A DNA stretch of 62,827 bases, filler included, from Sphacelaria rigidula (taxonomy: Eukaryota): assembly GCA_964200075.2 (NCBI GenBank). It is 10 parts of 10 records of this genome, joined end to end, with 100 filler letters (N's around TTAATTAATTAA, not from the genome) between each part and the next. Parts side by side here need not be neighbours in the genome. Positions count along the whole stretch, not along the records: positions 50,344 to 56,535 come from CAXNAA020021616.1; positions 56,636 to 62,827 come from CAXNAA020021617.1; 8 more parts are not named here. One strand, written 5' to 3'. A model generated the notes under the pieces. The model had not been told where the DNA came from and searched no databases. It worked only from the letters and a program-made list of their open reading frames with translations. Both the position numbers and the translations under genes were made by a program. How positions within the stretch are numbered: position 1 is the stretch's first letter; every line of letters begins with the position of its first letter. Positions 53,366 through 62,827 of the stretch are shown piece after piece.

Positions 53366-53562
53366 ATGCGTGAGAGGACCGCGTGCTAAGGGGACCGCGT
53401 TGTAGTTCGAAACACCCCAGGATCGATGTTTTTCAAAACCAATCGCGCCAGTTCCGGCAGGGACCACGCCCCTGACCCTGACACCAACACTAATCCTAAT
53501 CCTAACCATGCGGATAATCAAATTCCGATGGGGTCCTCTGAGCACGCGGTCCTCTCACGCAT
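53366..53562. mobile_element. MITE with perfect 22-bp inverted repeats and an internal CCTAAC-like tract
   Basis: atgcgtgagaggaccgcgtgct (53366-53387) pairs with agcacgcggtcctctcacgcat (53541-53562). The centre reads ccctgaccctgacaccaacactaatcctaatcctaacc. Confidence 0.7.
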
Positions 53563-53929
53563 CACACCTGTCACGTTGACAGTCAAACACTGTGTATTCT
53601 GTACACAAGCCAAGACGGCCATATATACTCCAACACGTTGTGAGCCTCGCCACGTTTGCAGGTGTGAACCTCAAGACGTGACCGCAGCAGTAGGGTTTGA
53701 GTTATTTTGTGAGAGTACAGAACAGTACCCTAGTCTTGAGCACCAGCAACAAGGACGCCCCATCGAGGACGTCAAACTGCAGCAAGGAAGGAGCTTGGTC
53801 GTCCCGCCTATCAGCGGAAAGACCAAGAGAAGAATTGAGGTGTGTATAGAATAGTTCCGCCACGAAGACGAAGGAGAAGATGGAGGTGAGGGAACATTGA
53901 GGTGTAAATAGAAGAAGCACAGATTGAAA

Positions 53930-55600
53930 CGGATAAATGTATCAGAACAGCCATCCATTACTGAAGTCATAAAGAGTCTCAGTAAGGTTAATGGGACAAA
54001 TTTCCTGGAGTAGTTTCATGGACACATCCGGGCATTTCGGAAATTACTAACGGCAGAAATCGTCCCGAAGACATTTTGGAGCTTGGGCAGCGACAGGATG
54101 TAGAAATTCCGCAGCTCATTGCCCGAAGTACGTCGAGGGTAGGCCCTATAGCTACACGTTCTAGAAGCCTTCCAATGGGAGCAGGAACAGAAACGCCTTT
54201 AGATGAGACGTCGACAGCGGAAGTAGCTGTCTCATCAAGTCAGGATTCCACGGTTGGAGTAGACATTACTGACACCCATGTGAGAGTAATCAGTACCGCA
54301 CAACAAGTAGCTGATTCCGATCGCAATAATGAAGTGCTGTTTCATATATTGTACAGTTCGAACCACAGGGCTCTGATACACCTGGTGGTAAAAAAGCTTC
54401 GGAAAGATTGATTGCGAAGTCCCTGAACTCGTCTAAGTAAAGATGTCATACTCAAAGTAGACAGTTGGATGACGTAAACCTGTTACATGGCGAGGACCCA
54501 GACATCTTCCTCACAAAAGCTTATCAAATTAAAGATGAACTTACTTACATAAGGGATACCGACAAGGAAGAGCGTTTAATAAATGTACCCATAGGACTAA
54601 CCGACGACTACTCAATAATCAAGAATAACGCTGAACGCAATCCTGATTTCAGCTTGAAGGACATGGAGTCAACAATGTATTACGCATACGTGAACCGAAT
54701 AGCGCGTAGTGTTTCGAATGAAAAGTCAAACGGTAGAGATAGTTCCATGATTGCAACATCGCCTGTAGAATATCCTAGGACGAAAACAAGACACCAAGTG
54801 AGGTGTTTAACCTGTGGTAAGATAGGTCATTATATGCGTGAATGCAGGTCCAGACAACAGTCTGATGATAGTGGTAGACAGACGAAGTGGTGTACGTTGC
54901 ACAAAACAACCAACCATAATAATACGGACTGTAGAAGTCAACATAGGAATGAAGGCACAGGGAGCAACAATAGCAATGTCGAGAACGAAAGCAATGCCGA
55001 GCATAATAGCAATGTGGAGCATCCGCATCAGCAAGTAAACACAGTTACTCTGGATACAAGTACATATTTGCAGCCTGAAAAAGCACAAGTTCTACACGCA
55101 AGTACATCCTCGGCACCAGTGGTAAATAATTCGACTACAAACGGGACGAGATTTACCTTTTCCACAGAACCTGGAAATAATCACAGTAGAGAATTAGTCA
55201 TGTCAACCTCGTTTTCAGTGATAATCGACTCAGAGGCAGCCACCCATTGCGCGGACAATGATTTACTACCTGGTATTGAGCGGGAAATGTCAGCTTATGG
55301 TAAGTTTAGTCCCCCGATGAGTATATGGACAGCAGGAGGACACCTGCTAAAAGAAACCGGAGGGGAGTTATACACACGATAGTGATAGATACCCATGGTT
55401 ATGATAGGTCTGTGCGTTTAGCACTCATGGTGGTAAATAACTTGGGGAAACACTTATTTTTGCCTTGCGAAGCACTCAAGGAGGGCGTGAATACTATTTT
55501 TTTAGCAGATCCACATCTGGATTTGGGAGTTTTCGAAGTTCCAACGAATGTTGATTAAAACGGGATACCAAGTAGTGTAAGTATGAAAAGCATCCATGAG
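53930..55600 (+). mobile_element. Degenerate Ty1/Copia gag-protease region
   Basis: ORF 54465..55382 has a GEDPDIFL gag segment, a CCHC knuckle (CLTCGKIGHYMREC), WCTLHKTTNHNNTDC and a degenerate protease site (IIDSEAATH). It continues after a frameshift at 55325..55558. Homologous to 56670-58900. Confidence 0.85.
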
Positions 55601-56669
55601 GGTAATTCAAGTAGCTTAGCGCTAACAACTACAGTAGCATAAAAAAAATCAATGAGCGTAGTCACCCTTCGCTCGTCAGTGAAAGAGCAAGAGTAGACCA
55701 AGATCCGCGTAGAAAGCAGAAGAAGAGCAGTAAATAATAGTTGTCACCGATTACGCCTAACAGAGTAAATCAAAATAAGAGTAGATACACATCTACGAGT
55801 AAGAAATAGCAATTTTCACAAGCAAAGTAAGAAGCGGCAACAACAGCAGTCATATTCACGACATAAGGAAGCGTTGGATAACAAGAAGTGTAGATTTTTC
55901 TTTCCATGAATAATGTATTCGAAACATCAGTCCGAAGAGCATGTTGGAATTCAAGACATAACAGTTCCGAATTCATGTACTCGAGACTAGCGGTAAAACC
56001 GGCTACGGTTCATAGGTAGAACAAAGATCGTAGTAGTAGCCGAAGATGTGAAATATTCAGCGTAGAATAATGATTAGCTCATGTAATGTATAGCTAGCTC
56101 GTACACAGAAAGTCAGCATAGTCAGAATAGTGAAGAGTTGAGTAACAAAAGTCCAAGTATTGACAGTTTGGATAAAAAAAACTATACGAGCTGGGCCAGC
56201 CATCGGTGATTTTTCCACGAAGAGTGGAGATGTTACTGGCATTTCGAAGAGTTGGGCGCTGAAGTTTTGGCACGACGTTTTTATTATCAATCCGCGCAAC
56301 CTTCTGAGGAGTGTCACGGGGGGGAAAAAAAACCATGAAGTTAAAGCGGGTTGAAGTTTCAGCAAAAACAGGAGAAATGCTATTACTTCCTCAAATACTG
56401 ATAGAAACGATCACAACGCTCCGCCACATACGGGCACTCGCGTCAACCACATCCTTGTAAAGTTTCCAAGGCTCGGACAAATATTGATTCGTCTGGAAAT
56501 TACTTGGTTTTAGTATGATGAGTCGACTCGTGACGNNNNNNNNNNNNNNNNNNNNNNNNNNNNNNNNNNNNNNNNNNNNTTAATTAATTAANNNNNNNNN
56601 NNNNNNNNNNNNNNNNNNNNNNNNNNNNNNNNNNNTTCCATGGTAGCTTTCGATGTTTGAGAGGACCCG

Positions 56670-58900
56670 AAGCGGCCACCTTCCCCGTCGTTTTCCGAAA
56701 TATGTTAGGGTTTCGTCCTTTGTCTTCATGAAGTAAACCACCCTAAATCGCGTGCAGGAATTTGTAACTTTCGCCATGTAACGATAGCCCCTCATTGCAA
56801 AAGGTGGAATGTGTCCTGACAGGTCGGTGCTGACCGATTGTAGTCGCTTCGAAATACTCGTAGAGTCGACGGTTTTGGGATGATCCCGCTGTACGCTCTC
56901 ATGTATTTTGCAGGTTTCACAAGGCGGCAGCGACCCTTCAAACCTCACACCTGATTGGGGGATATTTGGAAGAAATCGCGTGACCTGTTCCGTAGGATAT
57001 CCGAGTCGCTTGTGCCATACATCTGCTTCCACCGTTGTAGATAAAGCTTTTGCATCTTCAGCCATGCCTTGGATCGTTTCTGCTACAAGAGCAGCGCTGA
57101 TGCCCATCAGTTCCCCTGGCATAGTTGTGGCCGTCAGTGCTGAGCTGTAATTGATGGTCCCTGGATTCTGAAAAGTCTTCAAGTGGATGTAGAGGAGTGT
57201 TCCACTGAAGTCACTGTTGATAAGCACTTTCACGTTTCCAAGGTCTACGTGGGAGATCCTAGAAAAAATGGCCGAAACATCCTTCGTCAGTGCTCCCGTA
57301 GGCGAGCACAGATGTTTCCCGAGACCTGAAACGATTACGGCAGGGACCCGGACGGAGCGCTTGATCCCTTCAGAATCAGTGACGATAGTAGCGATAACGC
57401 CTGTTCCCGTACCATGTAATAGCTTGCGCCCAGAAGTAAGGATACTCATGCGTAAATCGAGCTTCACGAAGTCGATCGTTTCTTGTTCTGATCATCCAAA
57501 AAGTGCTCGCTGCAGCCACTATCAACTGCCATCTACAAGGAAATTTGGGCGGGTGTACAGTGGTTTTCAGTGAAATGCGAACAAGGAAGGAAGGAAGATC
57601 TTATGCCGTTTGGTTGTGGACATGTATCGGTCACTGTTGCAGCTGAAGGTGTAGAAATCTGTTGATCATGGCCATTCGGTGGTACGGTCGTGGAACCTGG
57701 ATCGGCGATGACAGTGTTAGCGTAGCGTTGATGTCCATCGAAGTTGTTGATGCTGATGTTATTTTTGTCGTTTTCGTTGCCGTTGTTGTTGCTGATGTTG
57801 CGGTTGTTGTTGCTGATGTTGCGGTTGTTGTTGCAATGACGGGGGTTGCTATGGCGGTGATAATTATTGCTGTTTCCGGTGTTGCCACTCACGTTTTTAT
57901 TGTTCAGTTGACTTCTACACTCGGAGTCGTCGTCTTTGTCGGTGGATTGACCACCTTGTAGAACGACAGTCGTGCATGTGATAGCTTGGTTTCCTACAGG
58001 AGTAGCATCTTCTACGAGATTTCGAGGATTGATTCGAAGAATTCGGCATTGATGCCGCCAGCATTGATGAATCACGGTCATGCGATCTGCTCGCAGTAAT
58101 TTAGCGCGCCATTTTACCGGCATACAAGTTGGGCACGGTAGTGTCCATCTCCTCGATGCTGAAGTCGGAGTAGCGTTCAGCGTTGTACTTGATCTGATCA
58201 TAATCGCTGGTCAGACGTTCAATTACTATATCAGTCCACGTTTCTTCCTAGATAGCCTCGCCTATATGAACAAGCTCGTCTCGAAGTTGGAAAATGTCGC
58301 GAGGAAAACATCTGGATCTTGTTCCGGTGACATGGTCATCTTGTCCAGTTGTCTCCTAGGTATGCCGCGTCTCTGCTTTTAGATGAATTCTGGTATTTTG
58401 CTACCAGACCTTCCCATGCACGTTTGTTGCCAGGTTTCTCTGAACCCTTCGGCTGAAAATGCAGGAGGTAAATTGCCGCTGAACTAGTTGTCGACAAATA
58501 CAAGACGCTGAGCAACTGTTTGTTACGTCGGTCCCAGTTTCCTGTGTCACCCGTGTTCAACATTTGCCTCACATGTGACGCCACGCTGGGACGATCAGCC
58601 CCTTCTTGCGCAGGAGATTGGGCTTGATTATCATCAGTAGTTTCGGTATCACCCGTCGCTGGTGTCGCCTTGCTCCCCGCGGTTGCCCCCCACGGACGGT
58701 GAAGGTGAACGAGCGGACGGCTGCTGATGGTTTCTGGAACGGGCCGCAATGGGGCTTGTTCTCGATGGATTGATGCTGCGATGGGGTCTGCGCTTTTGCG
58801 GCCTGAGAAGAAATCGGGATTTAGTCATGTCGAATCACCTTCGACTCTCACCACAGTTCTTAGAGCCTCAGGGTGGAACATGCATCCATGACCCATGAGA
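56670..58900 (-). mobile_element. Degenerate Ty1/Copia gag, protease, GAG-pre-integrase and integrase start
   Basis: ORF 56580..57467 reads VWHKRLGYP...CETCKI...VSTDLSGHI....GYRYMAKVTNSCTRFRVVYFMKTKDE, with integrase directly after protease (Copia order). Gag remnants lie at 58336..58749 (AWEGLVAKYQ). Confidence 0.9.
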
Positions 58901-60766
58901 TAATTCCAGTCTATTATGGCACATGTAGTCGTATTCAGGTAGGCGACATTCAGATATTAATTTTTTTCAGGCCGGTTTTGGCCCCAAAAGTGCAGACCCT
59001 ATCGCAGCATCACTCATGTCGATCTGGCAGCTGGTTGTCGCAGGTCTACCTCAAAAGAAGCTCCATCGTACATTTCCGCGGGGCGTTCAAACAAATATCA
59101 GAAATCCCCGGATGAGTCAAAGAAATACAATGACCGATAATCGAAATAGAGGATGGAGCTTTTCATCGGGGATGAGGACCCGGAGAGTATATATCTTCGT
59201 ATCTACACCGAATCTTTGAAATATGGTTCCATTCCCTCACGTAGACGACGTTGAAGTGACGTCTCCTCGCTCGTGCTGCGTGACGCAGGCTCGAATCGAA
59301 GGCTGATGATCTGATCGACCACGTGGTCGCGAATCAAAGGCTTGTAACCTATTGGAAATAATGGCTCGTGTTGTGTGATGCTGTTTTCGAGATAGACCGA
59401 ATACTGTCGCGTGGACAGTAGTGTGCGGCAGAGGCTGCACAGTGGCAGTTAAACCACTTGCTTCTGCAGCAGACAGAAAGAAAAAAGATAGATCGTCTCC
59501 GGGGCTCTTCATCCGGCCGAACATAATCAAGCAGCCTCTTTTATGAGCAGAGGGCTGAAGGAAACGAAGGAGAGCGATTGCAAGAGCGGCAGAGGTCACC
59601 GCATCCAAACGTACTCAATCCTGGAACAAAGAGCCGAAGTCTCTACACGTACATAAGATAAAATCGTATCACCCAATTCAACATTGCTACTGCTGACCCG
59701 GTAGCCTTACCGCCTCAACTGCAATCTTGCGCACGAGATACCTTACAGCTTGCGTGGCCTAAACACTTTACTAGAGTATGTTTCATTATCAAATCATGTC
59801 AACACTCTTACTCCAGCAATACCCTACTTGAAACGTAATTCAAACAGGTAGAGTATAAATTAGCACAAAAGACGTGTTCTCCATTACAAGATGCGTGGTT
59901 CGTGATTTCCTTGAACCATCACAAGTTGTATCGCTTATCTGTGTAGCAACGACTTCATTCAAACGCAATGAATATAGATTGCATAATCTAAATCCACAAC
60001 ACCTTTGACAGAGGATCCGACAATCCTATCTAACCACAATCGATCACTTTCCATACAATGAGGGTTTCCGATTGCTTTCTACGGATGATTCCACTCGCAT
60101 GTGGCCATGCAGCCTTATCACTTTTGTTTCCTATTCCGCAAACGGGTGTTCTCCAATCCTTTTTTTCTTGAAGCCTGTTCCTAGGAATTGCCACGAACAT
60201 CATAATACACCAAACTGCTCATCCGGGTGATACTGCATGCTACTAATCAATTGATAGCTTCTATTGTCTGCGTACTAATCAAACACTGACCATGACCGTT
60301 TTCACTGTTTTCATCTATGACGAACACAACTCCTCATCCACTGCAATACTGCCTTATACTATGCATTATTCTTAATGTGACTATGTATTTGCAACGAATG
60401 ATTTAAAGATTAAACAGAAGTCAGCTATCATGAACTGTATGGTCGTTGTCGTAGTGACCGGTTCGAGTATTGCGCGCTCGGGAGGGGGAGGGGGGGGGAG
60501 CTGTCGCGACATCACTCTCACGATATGTTCGGATATATGAAGCGAGCGAATGCGCTGGGGGCCACGTTTCGTATAATTAATTCGCAGAAGCTGCGCTTTA
60601 AGGTGATTCCTGGTGCTGACCACGCGAGTTTGGCAACCAACAGACGGTCGGTATCAGTAGGGGCTAGTAATGTACGGAGTTGAGCATATGTCTTGGTTTC
60701 GTGAGAATACAGAAGTATGTGACATTGCCTCCCACACAGGCAGAGTACGCTGCCATGGCCGACGTA

Positions 60767-61306
60767 CACTGCGGTCTAACGTTTCAGTAGTATGTTGGTG
60801 GTTTTCCTCGCTTATTACTTTTCGATAGAACTCGAAACTGCTAGCGCCGGTTGCTTGTGGTACAACCAGCAGATCATCTCCGAAACACAGTGCCAAAGTC
60901 AGTGTTCTTTGGTGTGATTGGGCGATACGAGTAAAAATCCCGTTTATCAGGGGGTGTCGTTGACCGTGCGCATTTTTCGACTCTAGTGCGATGAGTAGGT
61001 AGAATTTCAAAAGAATAAAAATGTACATTTCTTCACAAATATGATCGGGGCAGGCTCGGTTGACCGAAAATACTGAAGAGTAAGAATCTGGACTAAAACA
61101 TGGCAGGACCCCCGATGACCGTTCAGTCCGTGAATCACTTAATATCGACTACATATACTTGTTTTTCTTGGAATGTAGAGCGGGTACAAATATCTTCAGA
61201 TCATCAATGTGATAGGCGGTGGCAAGCGAAAAAAAACAAAGAAAATCGCCGATTACGAACAAATCACCAAATGACACCAAATGAAAAATTAGACCGCCCA
61301 CTACTG
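60767..61306. mobile_element. Tc1/mariner-type MITE, second copy of the 2974-3521 family
   Basis: Colinear similarity with 2974-3521. The right TIR ttagaccgcccactactg is followed by TA. The left TIR is partly deleted and preceded by TA. Confidence 0.75.
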
Positions 61307-62827
61307 TAGTGGAGGAGGCGCTGCTTTGAGACAGGTCTGGCATTTCATGCTGGGGCAGGTTGGAGCACCGTGCATATCAGTGTTCGAGAACAGTCGGGGA
61401 GCAATTCAATGTTCACCAAATCTAATCTTGAACTCGAACCCAACCATGTTGACCCAATCACAGAGCTGAGGCTAGGCACGAGATTTAGATATTCCGTGTA
61501 ACACTGGAGTTCAACAAAACGATTTCTTGACTAATGATGTATTGCCGACGGAATCTCCCGAGTTCCACCGTAACTAGGTTATGGTATGGGATCAACATCT
61601 CGGAGTTACAATATATTGGGGTGAATCAATTCAAGTCTAGTTCGGCATCTCCACATGTCACCAAATTTCGATTGAGAATCAAGTGGGCCGGGCGGAATAT
61701 AATGTGCGGAGGTGTGGCTTGGCGAAAACTATCCCAAGCGCGGGAGTTCTCAGCTGCTTCTTAACAGTGGGTCCTAGAAAATGGGGTCCATCCAAAAAAT
61801 GAGGTTGAAGTGGCATTTCTCTTCTGCGGGGAAGACGCGAAATACTTGCGACCGAGCGAAGCCATCTTCCCCCCCAAATGTCCACAGCAGTTAAGCAGCT
61901 GTGGCTAGGTGCACCTAACGAATGCGGTGTACACGCGAGTCGATGACGACATCACCAGAGACAGAGCAATGGCAGAGAGGAAGCTCCACGCCCGTGTCCT
62001 TTGTGTGTCCTCGCTCGGCGATTACCAATATCTCTGGCATCCACGATGTTACCAGCGTGTGCCAAACTTTCCATGTTGTGCGAGAACATCGAGAGCTGCG
62101 GAGAGATTCCGTCTCTTCTTGATTGCTTGATGCGAAGATCGATTTCTCTCTGCCTCTCCTTTTGAACAGGACGCGCCTCTGTGCGCTGAAAAACATGTTG
62201 AAAAACAGGGCAATGTTCCCGTCACCGATCCTATTGTTCTCTGTCACACATATGCCAGCAAGGACGGTGCTGCGGCAATAACAGATGGATCCAATTTGAA
62301 CTTAGGGGGTGTTATTCATCGTTGATTTTCCCCGACCTCCCCTTAACCGGGTGCCCGAGCAGAAGAGCGTACCACACGCCAGTTGAAGTGGGTGTATGAG
62401 AAATCAAACACTTGTAAAGATCTTCTTGACATGCGGAGTGAAAAACGATACCTAAGGTGGTGACCTAACTGTTGCTAGCGTGGCGCATAGAAGTCCGCCC
62501 ATGCCGCAATCTGCAGCACAGGCTGGTCGCGTAAACACCTCAATAATAGGTACAACAGTACGAGTAGCTTCTCATAATTAATGAGTCATCCTACGATGGG
62601 TGGGGGAGATTTTGGGCCACTTCTTGCACGAAGTTCTAAATCAAATCATCCTTGAAAGGAGCAACGGTTGCTCGAACGAGCTTGTTCTAGATACATGACT
62701 CTCGTTCGTACCGATTGACACCGTTTTGAACCAAATACAAGCGCACCGCGAGTAACAGTGTTTTCGAGAGATTGAGAGTAGATGATACGATTGAGAGTGA
62801 AAAGCGGTCAATCAAAAAAAAATCGTT

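Noticed and set aside
59240..60400. Possible decayed viral or gene sequence
   Set aside because: No sustained ORF or recognisable motif.

Overview
Eukaryotic, repeat-rich, intron-containing DNA. Splice signals, intron sizes and repeat style suggest a brown alga (Phaeophyceae), but this is inference only. The window is not one locus. It is ten contigs of about 6.19 kb in decreasing size order, joined by identical 100-bp artificial linkers (N44-TTAATTAATTAA-N44), so no synteny can be inferred across linkers. Contig 1 holds a decayed LINE with nested insertions. Contig 2 holds an (ATT/ATG)n microsatellite abutting a decayed Ty3/Gypsy element that has matching LTR ends and an unusually long tRNA-Ser-like primer-binding region. 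Contig 3 holds a 10-exon 3' part of a gene encoding 8 tandem six-cysteine modules. Contig 4 holds a 2.8-kb imperfect palindrome built from MITE-like units. Contig 5 holds hairpin MITEs and SINE-like repeats. Contig 6 holds exons of a probable GPI- or membrane-anchored protein, with a composite hAT-type element (8-bp TSD) in the intron. Contig 7 holds two large exons of a low-complexity protein. Contig 8 holds three exons of a homocysteine S-methyltransferase. Contigs 9 and 10 hold decayed Ty1/Copia gag-pol fragments. No rRNA, intact tRNA gene or CRISPR array was found.
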